24,958 bases of DNA. Origin: a virus (Duplodnaviria; Caudoviricetes). The position numbers were made by a program, and so were the translations under genes. The notes below the pieces were generated by a model that worked only from the letters and a program-made list of their open reading frames with translations, made no database searches and was not told where the DNA came from. Positions 7,954 through 17,075 of the stretch are shown piece by piece. Location: positions 1 to 24,958 of the IMG/VR virus record IMGVR_UViG_3300037522_000162; one strand, given 5' to 3'. Every line of letters begins with the position of its first letter. Within the stretch, counting starts at the first letter, position 1.

Positions 7954-10371
7954 ATGGCGTCCCTCGCTGAAGTCTTTGTTGAGGTCAAGCCTGAGACCAA
8001 GAACTTCGGACCTGATCTGGCCAAGAAGATCAGGCGCGTCGATGCCCACAAGATGGGCATGGGAATGTCGAAGTCGTTCGGCGGCGGTTTCCGCACCGGC
8101 ATCGGCGGTGCCGCTCGTACCATGTTCGCGCCGATCGTTGCCGCGGCGGCAGCGGTCGGCGGCTTCTCGCTGTTCAAGGGGTTCGTCGAGGACGCGGCCG
8201 AGTCGGCGAAGATCAGCCGCCTGACCGCGCAGGTGATCAAGTCCACCGGCGGCGCGGCCAATGTCAGCGCCGATCAGGTCAACAAGCTGGCGACGGCGAT
8301 CTCCAACAAGACCGGCGTGGACGACGAGGCGATCCAGTCCGGGGCGAACCTGTTGCTGACGTTCAAGAACGTCCGCAACGAGGTCGGCAAGGGCAACGAC
8401 ATCTTCAACCAGGCCAACCAGATTGTCACCGACATGTCGGTCGCGTTGGGGCAGGACACCAAGTCCTCGGCGATCCAGTTGGGCAAGGCGCTGAACGACC
8501 CGATCAAGGGCGTCACCGCTCTGCAGCGGGTCGGCGTGTCGTTCACCAAGGAACAGAAGGAACAGATCAAGACCCTCGTCGAGTCTGGCGATGTGATGGC
8601 CGCCCAGAAACTCATCCTCGCCGAGCTCGGCGATGAGTTCGGCGGCGCGGCCGAGGCCGCAGCCGGCCCGATGGACAAGCTGAAGGTCATCGTCGGGAAC
8701 CTCGGCGAGCAGATTGGCGCCAAGATGCTGCCGTTCATCGAGGACGCCGCGAAGTGGCTCGGTGAGAATCTTCCGAAGGCGCTGGAAACCGCCGAGCGGA
8801 TCGGCGGGGAACTGTGGGATTCCTTCAAGACCAACGCCCTGCCGACGCTGAAGGAGCTATTCGGCTTCGTCAAGGACGAGGTCGTTCCCCGGCTGATCGA
8901 CTTCGGTAAGTGGATCAGGGAGAACAAGGACGTCATCCTGCCGTTCGTGGCGGCGATCGGGGCGGCCGTCATCGCCTTCAAGGCGTTCATGTTCATCAAG
9001 ACCGTCATCACCGCCGTGGCGGTGTTCAATGCGGTTCTGCTGGCGAACCCGATCGGGCTGGTCATCGGCGCCATCGCCGCGCTGGTCGTCGGCCTGGTCA
9101 TCGCCTACAAGAAGTCTGAGACGTTCCGCGACATCGTCGACGGCGTTTTCAAGTTCGTTGTCGAGTCGGCCAAGTCGATGTGGGAGAAGTTCCTCAAGCC
9201 GATCTTCGAGGCTTTCTCCGGAGCACTGGAGTTCGTCGGTGAGACCGCCGAGTCGATGTGGAACGACTTCCTCAAGCCAACATTCGACTTCATCGTCGAT
9301 GCTGCTGACTCTATGTGGAATCAGTTCCTCAAGCCCATCTTCAAGTCGTGGGTGACGACTTGGCTCACCGTTGTCGACACCATCCTGCAAGGCGCGGAGA
9401 AGGCGTTCGGCTGGGTGCCGGGGCTCGGCGAGAAGCTCGATGACGCGCACGACGCGTTCGAGGATTTCAAGCGGGAGGTCAACAACACTCTCGACGGGAT
9501 CAGCGACGAGGATATCAAGGTCAACGTCAAGACTTACGGCAACCTCGAGTTCGGCGGCGCGGGCGGTCGAGGCGGTGCCAGCGGCGCCGGGATTTCGATG
9601 GGTGTCGGCGGCGTCGGACCCCTGTCCGGTGTCACGTCGCACGCCAGCCAGGCCATGGGCGGCGCCCTGGACATCAAGACCCTGGGCTTGGACGCCAGCA
9701 AAATCTCCGATCTGGCCACCGACTTTGTCGGCCAGACGAAGGCCGCGGTGCAGAAGCAGATCGCCAAGGCGTTCGAGGCCGGCACGATGGGCCCGGCCGG
9801 GTTCCCGCTGCCGCGCGGCCGGTATCGGGTCGGGCGTGGTCCAGTCGGCCATGGTTACCCGGCGGTCGATTTCCCGGCTGCGATGGGCACGCCGATCTAT
9901 GCGGTGCGTTCGGGTGTGGTTACCGCTGCTCGGCGGCTGGCCACCTCATATGGCATCCACACGATCCTGGGCCATCCCGGCGGCTGGGGCAGCCTGTATG
10001 CGCACATGTCGCGGATGTTCGTCCGCAACGGTCAGTTCGTCCGGGCGGGCCAGCAGATCGGGCGAGTCGGCTCGACGGGCAACTCGACGGGTCCGCATCT
10101 GCACTTCGAGGCGCGGCGTAACGGGCGGCGGGTCAATCCGCGGTCGCTGATCTCATACGACAAGGGCGGCATGCTGCCCACGGGGATTTCGCTGGTGCAC
10201 AACGGGACCGGGCAGCCGGAGCCGGTGCGTCCGGCGGACATGCCGATACGCATACACCCCGCCGACATCTTGGCCATCGGCCAGGAGATGGGGCGCGTGG
10301 TCTTGTCCGGGATGGGCGCAGTACAGCGCGGATCGGCTCAGACGGCCGGCCTGTACTCGAGGAGCGGTTGA
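7954..10371 (+). CDS. Tape measure protein with C-terminal M23 peptidase domain
   Basis: MASLAEVFVEVKP start, QLGKALNDPIKGVTALQRVG, ANPIGLVIGAIAALV, W/F periodic repeats; C-terminal YAHMS...GQQIGRVGSTGNSTGPHLHFE. Confidence 0.95.
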   Translation: MASLAEVFVEVKPETKNFGPDLAKKIRRVDAHKMGMGMSKSFGGGFRTGIGGAARTMFAPIVAAAAAVGGFSLFKGFVEDAAESAKISRLTAQVIKSTGGAANVSADQVNKLATAISNKTGVDDEAIQSGANLLLTFKNVRNEVGKGNDIFNQANQIVTDMSVALGQDTKSSAIQLGKALNDPIKGVTALQRVGVSFTKEQKEQIKTLVESGDVMAAQKLILAELGDEFGGAAEAAAGPMDKLKVIVGNLGEQIGAKMLPFIEDAAKWLGENLPKALETAERIGGELWDSFKTNALPTLKELFGFVKDEVVPRLIDFGKWIRENKDVILPFVAAIGAAVIAFKAFMFIKTVITAVAVFNAVLLANPIGLVIGAIAALVVGLVIAYKKSETFRDIVDGVFKFVVESAKSMWEKFLKPIFEAFSGALEFVGETAESMWNDFLKPTFDFIVDAADSMWNQFLKPIFKSWVTTWLTVVDTILQGAEKAFGWVPGLGEKLDDAHDAFEDFKREVNNTLDGISDEDIKVNVKTYGNLEFGGAGGRGGASGAGISMGVGGVGPLSGVTSHASQAMGGALDIKTLGLDASKISDLATDFVGQTKAAVQKQIAKAFEAGTMGPAGFPLPRGRYRVGRGPVGHGYPAVDFPAAMGTPIYAVRSGVVTAARRLATSYGIHTILGHPGGWGSLYAHMSRMFVRNGQFVRAGQQIGRVGSTGNSTGPHLHFEARRNGRRVNPRSLISYDKGGMLPTGISLVHNGTGQPEPVRPADMPIRIHPADILAIGQEMGRVVLSGMGAVQRGSAQTAGLYSRSG
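9175..9342 (+). repeat. Three SMWxxFLKPxF repeats in tape measure protein
   Basis: Copies start at 9175, 9253 and 9310 (spacing 26 and 19 aa). Confidence 0.8.
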
Positions 10372-11780
10372 TGGCGTCGGTGATCCAGTTCGTGGATTCC
10401 ATCGCCGCGTCTCCGACGGTGCGACTGGATCTGAACAGCGCGAGCTCGAACCTGATGATCTCTGACAGTGGCATCGACTTGTCGCCGCCGCCGTTCCGCG
10501 AGGCCGTCGCGTCGACGCTGTTGCAGGATGGCGACCAGATCGCCGCGGGGGCGTTCGGCAACCGGACGCTGAAGCTGCCGCTCAAGCTGGTGTACGCAGC
10601 GTCGACCGACGCCGCGGCCACCGCGATCCAAAATCTGGCCCGCGAGTTGAACCGGCCGCGGAACATCCTGAAGGTGCAAGTGCACGGCGCCACGTCGCCA
10701 GTGTTCTTCCGCACCTTCCGGGCCCCGAGTTTCGTGCTGGGGATGCTGCGGCTGCTGCTCACCGCGAATACCGAGATCACCCTGGAGATCCCCGCCGAAC
10801 CTTTCGCTTACGGCCTGCTGGAGACCCCGGTGTCGGGTGTGACGGTGTCCGCGGACCCGGCGGCTGGCTCGAATGGTGGTTTCGTCGATGTGATCGGGGT
10901 GAAGGGCGATGTGGAGTCCCCGGCGCTGATTTCATTCCCGGCCAGCGTCGGCATATCCAACATAGTGTCGTTGTTCGCATCGCGCCGCCGCGGTACCCCC
11001 TCAGCGACGCCGTTCTATTTTCAAGCAGAGTCGATGACGCAGGGCACGGACACAACGACACAAGCCAACAGCGCGAGCTTCTCCGGTGCCGGCAACAACT
11101 ACTCGCGGGTCACATTCGCGACCGTCGCGTCGATGGCGACCCGTCTGTCCATGAGCGATCTGGGCACGCCTTCGGTGGACCTGCGTGGCACATATCGTGT
11201 GTTCCTGCGTTACCGGAAGAACACTGCCACGGATGACATCAACGTGTATCTGGCATGGGGTGGCTCAAGCTTCAACCCGATCGAGAACGACCCGGTCACG
11301 CTTCCGGATTCCATCGGCATAAGGATCGCGGACCTGGGACTGGTCACAGTCCCGCAAGGCCCTGACCCGGTGTACGACTTCCTCAGTGGTGTCGAGCTCG
11401 TCGTCGACGACGATTTCCAACTGTTGGTGTTGGCTGAGCGAACAGCCGGTACAGGAACGCTGGATCTGGACTATCTGTGGCTGGTGCCAGCGGATGACCG
11501 GATGGGTATGGTGTCGTGGCTGACCTCGGCATTCGCGTCGGTGTTCTGGCTGGATGCCTACGACAACTCGGTGCATGGCCGTAATGCGTCTGGTCAGGTG
11601 GCCTCGATTCGCACACCTAGCGTGATCGGCGGATTCCCGATGCTGACGCCAAACCAGGCGAATCGGATTTACATATTGCATCAAGTCGGGTCGGGCGCGG
11701 ACCATGCGATCACTGCGACGGCGTCGGTGTCACTGTCCTACTATCCGCGCTATCTGACTGTGCGCCCAGCGAGCACCTGA
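10371..11780 (+). CDS. Minor tail protein, distal tail (Dit)-like with inserted beta-sandwich region
   Basis: First gene after tape measure, TGATG-coupled; FGNRTLKLPL, AEPFAYG, DVIGVKGDVESPA, terminal LSYYPRYL. Confidence 0.75.
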   Translation: MASVIQFVDSIAASPTVRLDLNSASSNLMISDSGIDLSPPPFREAVASTLLQDGDQIAAGAFGNRTLKLPLKLVYAASTDAAATAIQNLARELNRPRNILKVQVHGATSPVFFRTFRAPSFVLGMLRLLLTANTEITLEIPAEPFAYGLLETPVSGVTVSADPAAGSNGGFVDVIGVKGDVESPALISFPASVGISNIVSLFASRRRGTPSATPFYFQAESMTQGTDTTTQANSASFSGAGNNYSRVTFATVASMATRLSMSDLGTPSVDLRGTYRVFLRYRKNTATDDINVYLAWGGSSFNPIENDPVTLPDSIGIRIADLGLVTVPQGPDPVYDFLSGVELVVDDDFQLLVLAERTAGTGTLDLDYLWLVPADDRMGMVSWLTSAFASVFWLDAYDNSVHGRNASGQVASIRTPSVIGGFPMLTPNQANRIYILHQVGSGADHAITATASVSLSYYPRYLTVRPAST

Positions 11781-13435
11781 TGACGCTGCCGATCCCGCTC
11801 ACCGTCAGATTAAAGACCGCCCGCGCCGACCGGCACGTCAAGAATGAGCTTCGTTCACTGCGGACTCGCAGTGTCCAGAACGGTGGGTTCGCACACGTCC
11901 AGTTCGCGCTTGATCGGCCGCTGACTCTGACGCCAGATGAGTTGGCTTACTTTGGTCATGTCTACGTCTACGATGAACGCAACGGCCAAGTTGTTGGTGA
12001 AGGTCGGACCGAGGATCTTGGACGCAGCGCCACGGGTGACGGTCAGGTGTGGGAGATAGCGGCGATAGGTCCAGCCGCACACGCCGCCGACGACGCGTTT
12101 CCCTACATTCCGATCGATTCGGAGGGCGAAAGGTGGTTGCCGTCCGAGTTCACCGCCAATCCGCGTTCGCGGACCCGTGTGGAGCAGACGAACCTGGACG
12201 ATGACATCTCAGCTGTCCGGTTGATGTGGGAAGCGAGCGCGACAATCACCAGCGTCGCCCCGGTGTCGACTATCGATGTCATCTATCGGGCCATCTATTA
12301 CGCCGGCGGTGAGGTCGCCCACATTCGGGCCGCGGTGAAAAATGGCCAGACCCATTCGAATCATGAGAACCGTATCGTGACCCGTCAGGCGCCGTCCGGC
12401 TCCACAAGCGTCGTGGCTAATGCGACGGTGTCGACCAGCGAGACCGTGATGGCTGCCTCGTTGGGCGGAACGAACGCCATCCCATCCGGGCATTCTGTGG
12501 TGTCGCTGCGTATGCAGCGAATCGCCGGCGGAACGACGACCCTGGGTGCTGGGGATGACAGCCAATACGGCGACTGGTACGGCATCTTCGTCCGCGCCAA
12601 ACTGAAGAATAAGGCCGGCATGGACATCACCACCGGTTACACCGACAGCTTCGTGTTCGCTCATGAGATCGTCGCCGATCTGCTCGGCCGATTTCTCCCG
12701 CTGTATGACGGGGCGAACGCGGTCATCGAGTCCACCACATATCATGTCGATCATCTCTGCTATCCGGGTGGTACGACAGCTCGGGAGGTGCTGGATCATC
12801 TGATCAGTCTCGAGCCGGGGTTCCAGTGGTTCGCGTGGGAGTCCAATAGCGCCGGCAAGCATCGGTTCGAGTGGGTAGCTCAGCCGACCACGGTGCGGTA
12901 TGAGGCCGATGTGGTCGACGGCTACGACGGACCCAGCAGCGCTGTTGATCTGTATAACAAAGCGCTGATCGCCTACACCGACTGGAAGGGCCGTTATCAC
13001 ACCGTCGCCGGCACACAGAGCGTGCAAGCGCTGACGGACGCGGGGATCACCCGCACGCTGCAGGTGGACCTCGGAAGTGAACGGTCGTCCGCCGCGAACG
13101 CCACTCAGGCCGGCGGCCAGCAACTGGCCGAATATGCCTCACCACCAAATGCAGGCACACTCACCATCGCCCGCCCGATCTACGATCACAACCGGGGCAC
13201 ATCGGTGATGCCGTGGGAGATCCGGCCGGGGAACCTGATCCGGGTGCGGGGCATCGCGCCGAACCTGAATTCGCTGAATGCGACCGACCGGGACGGGGTG
13301 ACTGTGTTCCGCATCGTCGCGGTCGACTACGACACCACGTCGGCGTCGGCGACGCTGGAGCTGGATTCGCATCCGTTGTCAGTGTCGCGGGCGTTGGCTG
13401 AGTTGGCGCGGCGCGGCCGGCGGCGACGGATCTGA
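11780..13435 (+). CDS. Minor tail protein, tail-tip hub (Tal-like)
   Basis: Second gene after tape measure, TGATG-coupled; GGFAHVQFAL, DLYNKALIAY, PWEIRPGNLIRVR, FRIVAVDYD...ATLELD. Confidence 0.72.
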   Translation: MTLPIPLTVRLKTARADRHVKNELRSLRTRSVQNGGFAHVQFALDRPLTLTPDELAYFGHVYVYDERNGQVVGEGRTEDLGRSATGDGQVWEIAAIGPAAHAADDAFPYIPIDSEGERWLPSEFTANPRSRTRVEQTNLDDDISAVRLMWEASATITSVAPVSTIDVIYRAIYYAGGEVAHIRAAVKNGQTHSNHENRIVTRQAPSGSTSVVANATVSTSETVMAASLGGTNAIPSGHSVVSLRMQRIAGGTTTLGAGDDSQYGDWYGIFVRAKLKNKAGMDITTGYTDSFVFAHEIVADLLGRFLPLYDGANAVIESTTYHVDHLCYPGGTTAREVLDHLISLEPGFQWFAWESNSAGKHRFEWVAQPTTVRYEADVVDGYDGPSSAVDLYNKALIAYTDWKGRYHTVAGTQSVQALTDAGITRTLQVDLGSERSSAANATQAGGQQLAEYASPPNAGTLTIARPIYDHNRGTSVMPWEIRPGNLIRVRGIAPNLNSLNATDRDGVTVFRIVAVDYDTTSASATLELDSHPLSVSRALAELARRGRRRRI

Positions 13436-13437
13436 GA

Positions 13438-13674
13438 TCAGCGGCCAGGATAAGCGATGGGCGCAGGTGGCAGAATCCCCGAGCCAGGTTCTCGCACGGA
13501 GTCCGGGTAGGGGATCGGCTCGGGCGGCAGGATGATGACGATCCGGTCGCGGCACTTGCTGATCGGCCAGTGGTGCTTGAGGCACACCTTGATCGGTGGC
13601 TTGGCCTCGGCCGGCGCTGTGCTGACACCGAAGACGATGAATGCGGCGACAAGGGCCGCGACGAGCTTACGCAT
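13438..13674 (-). CDS. Antisense-oriented secreted Pro-rich protein, 78 aa
   Basis: RBS AGGAGG; MRKLVAALVAAFIVFGVSTAPAEA|KPP: Sec signal with AxA site; mature part has two Cys and a Pro-rich tail. Confidence 0.8.
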   Translation of the reverse strand: MRKLVAALVAAFIVFGVSTAPAEAKPPIKVCLKHHWPISKCRDRIVIILPPEPIPYPDSVREPGSGILPPAPIAYPGR

Positions 13675-13709
13675 GGTGATCCCTCCTAAGGCTAAGTAGA
13701 TCACTTCTG

Positions 13710-13737
13710 ACTGTACGCGCATGACGGGATCTGTCAA
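13710..13737 (-). promoter_or_regulatory. Near-consensus SigA/sigma70-type promoter driving the antisense secreted-protein gene
   Basis: Minus strand TTGACA (13737-13732), 16-nt spacer, TACAGT (13715-13710), 35 nt upstream of ATG 13674. Confidence 0.75.
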
Positions 13738-13851
13738 TAGGGATCTTAGGCCCCGCCCCCGCGCCCACTCGGAAGTGGGGCCTTAGTCGCGGGGACGAGA
13801 CGAACCGAACGCTACACGGTCCGTGGCGATCTGATGGAGATGAGGGGAATC

Positions 13852-13980
13852 ATGTCTGACGAACGCGACCCGTACATCGATGTTCCACCACCGGACGAGT
13901 CAGACGGCCCACAGGAGCCGGTCGACCCGAACGAGCTCGAGGAAGAGTCGCACCCGACGGTGCCCGAGGGTGACGACTAG
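13852..13980 (+). CDS. Very acidic Pro-rich peptide, 42 aa, coupled to endolysin
   Basis: Not in ORF track. RBS GAGGGG; MSDERDPYIDVPPPDESDGPQEPVDPNELEEESHPTVPEGDD*; TAG overlaps endolysin GTG (TAGTG). Confidence 0.7.
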   Translation: MSDERDPYIDVPPPDESDGPQEPVDPNELEEESHPTVPEGDD

Positions 13981-14987
13981 TGCCGACCATCTACCTGCGC
14001 GGCGCCAACATCACCGCGCAGTGGTACGCCGACAACTACAGCGGCACGACGTTCCCGCGGGTCGACAAATTCCTGATCCACACCACCGAGACCGGCGGCT
14101 GGCCCGGCTACAGCGCGGGAGCGTCGGCGCCGAACGCCACCTACTACCCGAAGTTCCGGCAGATACGCCAGCACTTCGGCATCAACCGCTCGGCCCGCGC
14201 ACTGCGCGACCCATCGTCCACGTTGGTGCGGGAGAACCGTGACAACGTGTTCCAGTTGGAGATCATCTGCTATAGCGAGTACCGCCTGGCAGTGGAGCGG
14301 GGCGGGCTGTGGGTCGGGGATCTGACCACCAGTCACCTGCGGGACATCGCGGCGATGATTCTGCAGTGTCACCGCGACTGGGATCTGCCGATTCAGTCGA
14401 GCGTGACGTGGCGGGAGGGCCGCAAAACCTGGTACAACGACGTGCGGCTGTCCGGCCCACAGTTCGATGCCTACCGGGGCATTCTCGGCCATGTCCACGC
14501 CTCCGGCAATGACCACTGGGATCCGGGCGGTTTCCGGTATTCCAAGCTCGAGGCCGCGCTGAACTATCAGCTTGTCAACCATCCCGTCTACGGCGGCGGC
14601 GTGAGCATCCCGCCACCCGGCGACATCGGCGGTGGCATCGACCCGGAGGACGATATGACCCCAGAAGAGCACGACGCCCTCATGGCTATCCGCGGCATCG
14701 CGCTGGACATCCGTAGCGACACCCGGTCGCCGATCACACGACTGACCGACGGCGGATCCAACACCCCGCGCGAGATATTGGCCGCAGTGCACAAGTTCAC
14801 AGCGGAGACCCGAAACTCCCTCACTGAACTGATCGGCCAGCTCGATCAGGCGGCGCTGATCGAGGCCATCGCTAATGCGGTGGTGGGCAAGTTCCCGAAC
14901 GGCGGATCCGCCTCGATCGACCTGGCCACGGTGAAGCAGGGTGTTCGCGACGTGCTGCTCGAGGGCGTCGCAGACGAGCCGGCGTAG
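13980..14987 (+). CDS. Endolysin, N-acetylmuramoyl-L-alanine amidase (Amidase_2-like) with helical C-terminal domain
   Basis: IHTTE, QHF..NRSARAL, FQLEII, GILGHVH..GNDHWDPG Zn-amidase motifs as in actinophage endolysins. Confidence 0.9.
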   Translation: MPTIYLRGANITAQWYADNYSGTTFPRVDKFLIHTTETGGWPGYSAGASAPNATYYPKFRQIRQHFGINRSARALRDPSSTLVRENRDNVFQLEIICYSEYRLAVERGGLWVGDLTTSHLRDIAAMILQCHRDWDLPIQSSVTWREGRKTWYNDVRLSGPQFDAYRGILGHVHASGNDHWDPGGFRYSKLEAALNYQLVNHPVYGGGVSIPPPGDIGGGIDPEDDMTPEEHDALMAIRGIALDIRSDTRSPITRLTDGGSNTPREILAAVHKFTAETRNSLTELIGQLDQAALIEAIANAVVGKFPNGGSASIDLATVKQGVRDVLLEGVADEPA

Positions 14988-14990
14988 ACC

Positions 14991-15437
14991 GTGATCCTGT
15001 CCCCGAACGAGATGGCGTGGTGCCTGCTGCAGGCGGGATTCACACCCGAGCAGGCCGAGGTGGGTGTGGCGGTCGGGCTGGCCGAGTCCGGCGGCGATAC
15101 TGAGGTGCTGGGTAAGCGCGCCACAACCGACCCGGCGTACGGCAACCACGACCACGGCTGGCTGCAGATCAGCAACAAGTGGCACGCCGCGAAGATCCAG
15201 GCCACCCCCGACTGGCGTGACCCGGTCGTGAACGCCCGGCTGGCCAAGCAGGTGTTCGACGAGACCGAGCGGATCCATCGCAGCAAAGGGTTGGTGCCGG
15301 ACGGCTGGAAGGCGTGGGCGGTGTACAACTCGGGCAGTCACGCGAAGTATCTGCCGGCCGCGGACTTGGCGATGGCCGCCCCGTGGCCGCCGCCGCGCAC
15401 CACCCGGTCGATGCTTAGTCGGTTACGTCAGCGATGA
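14991..15437 (+). CDS. Lytic transglycosylase / lysozyme-like protein (SLT-like)
   Basis: AVGLAESGG (catalytic Glu), DHGWLQI, DPVVNARLA, GWKAWAVYNSG. Confidence 0.85.
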   Translation: MILSPNEMAWCLLQAGFTPEQAEVGVAVGLAESGGDTEVLGKRATTDPAYGNHDHGWLQISNKWHAAKIQATPDWRDPVVNARLAKQVFDETERIHRSKGLVPDGWKAWAVYNSGSHAKYLPAADLAMAAPWPPPRTTRSMLSRLRQR

Positions 15438-15443
15438 GCCGGT

Positions 15444-15659
15444 GTGATGGCCGTCGTGCGCCGTAGGGCGCTTCGCACCATCCGCGGCGCGGCACCTGAC
15501 CGCGGGGTGTGCACGGTATGCGGGCGGGAGCGGCCGCTGGCGTTCGCCACCGGTTACATCAAACGGCACCGCGTCAGCGGGCAGCCGTGCCCGGGAGGTG
15601 CCCGGCCGCCTGCTGGGTCGGCGGCCGAGCAGACCGTACGCACCGACGAGCGACTCTGA
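15444..15659 (+). CDS. Small basic Zn-ribbon-like protein
   Basis: CTVCGR...GYIKRH......CPGG (C-x2-C...H...C). Confidence 0.65.
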   Translation: MMAVVRRRALRTIRGAAPDRGVCTVCGRERPLAFATGYIKRHRVSGQPCPGGARPPAGSAAEQTVRTDERL

Positions 15660-15677
15660 GCGGGGGGGAGCAAATGC

Positions 15678-16076
15678 GTGGAGATTCCAGAGTGGTCCAC
15701 CCTCATTCCCGGCGCAGGATTTTTCGGGCTGCTGGTCTTCCTAGTCCTGCATTTGATGCGTCAGGCGTCCGGTGACCGTGGCGATTACCAAAGTGTCTTA
15801 CGCGATCTTCGCAAGCAGCACGCCGATGAGATGAAGGAAGAACGCGAGCAGCACGCCGACGATATCCGCGAGATCACGGCTCGCCACGACGCACAGATCC
15901 AGGACTTGCGTTCACAGATAGGTGTCCTGCGCGCTGAGGTCATCGACCTGCGTGAGGACGTCGAGCAGGAACGCAAGGCTAGGTGGGCCGCCGAAGACGC
16001 CGCCGCCCGCTATCGGCGCATGATCAACGGCGTCGGTGATGTCGTGGAAGAGGGCGGGGTCAATGATTCGACGTAA
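15678..16076 (+). CDS. Membrane protein, N-terminal TM plus long coiled coil (lysis cassette accessory)
   Basis: Hydrophobic [19 protein letters not shown] followed by charged helical repeats; RBS GGAG. Confidence 0.8.
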   Translation: MEIPEWSTLIPGAGFFGLLVFLVLHLMRQASGDRGDYQSVLRDLRKQHADEMKEEREQHADDIREITARHDAQIQDLRSQIGVLRAEVIDLREDVEQERKARWAAEDAAARYRRMINGVGDVVEEGGVNDST

Positions 16077-16746
16077 CCCGCTGCCCACCAGCCGCAGCCA
16101 CCGGCTCACGATCATTCTGCTCGCTCTGCTGCTGTTGCTGGTCGGGTGGATCCTGTTCGACCGGTCCACCTCGCAACGCTCGGCTCAGCTGGCTACCGAC
16201 AACGCCGCGTCGATCGCCGCTCAGGTTCGGGCCGCGTGCGAGCGCCGGGGTCTGACCGCGATAGAGCTCGGGGATCTGTGCCGGCAGGCCGAGGAAGTGG
16301 AAGAACGGCCGGCCGAGATCATCCCCGGCCCGCCGGGCCCACCTGGACCGCCCGGCAGGGATTCCACCGTTCCCGGTCCGACCGGCCCGCGAGGCTTCCC
16401 CGGCTCGATGGGAATCCAAGGCCCGCCCGGGCCGCCGGGCGCCAGCGTCGAAGGCCCGCAAGGCCCCGCCGGGGAGAGCGTCCAGGGGCCACAGGGGCCC
16501 GCTGGAGAGCCCGGTGCGCCCGGGCCGCAGGGTGAGCCGGGAGAGTCCATCGTCGGCCCTCCTGGACCCGCTGGTGCGGACGGCGCGGACGGTCGCGGCA
16601 TCGCCTCGGTCAAGTTCGTCAACGGCGGCGACTGCCGCATGGTCATCACCTACGACAAGCCTGATGCGAACGGAGATACCGAGCAGGTGATCGGCGGGAT
16701 GCCCGCGAGCATGTGCAAGACCGAAGAGGCAGCGCCAACCGAATGA
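16063..16746 (+). CDS. Membrane-anchored collagen-like protein
   Basis: [20 protein letters not shown], helical segment with Cys pair, interrupted Gly-X-Y run (about 16324-16599), C-terminal GRGIASV...C domain. Confidence 0.85.
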   Translation: MIRRNPLPTSRSHRLTIILLALLLLLVGWILFDRSTSQRSAQLATDNAASIAAQVRAACERRGLTAIELGDLCRQAEEVEERPAEIIPGPPGPPGPPGRDSTVPGPTGPRGFPGSMGIQGPPGPPGASVEGPQGPAGESVQGPQGPAGEPGAPGPQGEPGESIVGPPGPAGADGADGRGIASVKFVNGGDCRMVITYDKPDANGDTEQVIGGMPASMCKTEEAAPTE

Positions 16747-16925
16747 AATTGAGCAAACTCCGCTCTGAGTTGATGTTTCAAGCGCAGCACATCACTCATG
16801 TCGCATCAAAGTCCGAACAGGTCGGCGCGCTGCTCGCGATCCACCGGCTGGTGTCGCTGGAGTTGCGCCGCGAGGGCGTGGTCCTGCCATGCCAAACCGA
16901 GAACGAACCACCTGAGGAGCCGTGA
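16743..16925 (+). CDS. Hypothetical protein, 60 aa
   Basis: ATGA overlap with collagen gene and TGATG overlap with next gene; [16 protein letters not shown]...EPPEEP*. Confidence 0.6.
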   Translation: MKLSKLRSELMFQAQHITHVASKSEQVGALLAIHRLVSLELRREGVVLPCQTENEPPEEP

Positions 16926-17062
16926 TGTTCGCCGTAATCGCCGCTGTGCTCATCTTCCTGGCCGCCGTCGGTGTCAACGCCGACGCTGTCGACCTGTTCC
17001 TGCTGGGGCTCGCGTTCCTGGCGTTGCACTTTGCCTGGGACTTCAGTCCCTGGCACCGATGA
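16925..17062 (+). CDS. Small two-TM membrane protein, 45 aa
   Basis: Not in ORF track. RBS GAGGAG; [45 protein letters not shown]. Confidence 0.8.
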   Translation: MFAVIAAVLIFLAAVGVNADAVDLFLLGLAFLALHFAWDFSPWHR

Positions 17063-17075
17063 AGGGGGATTCACC

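Noticed and set aside
16324-16599. GC-rich short repeats resembling an array
   Set aside because: Explained by collagen Gly-Pro-X codons; no constant repeat with unique spacers, so not CRISPR.
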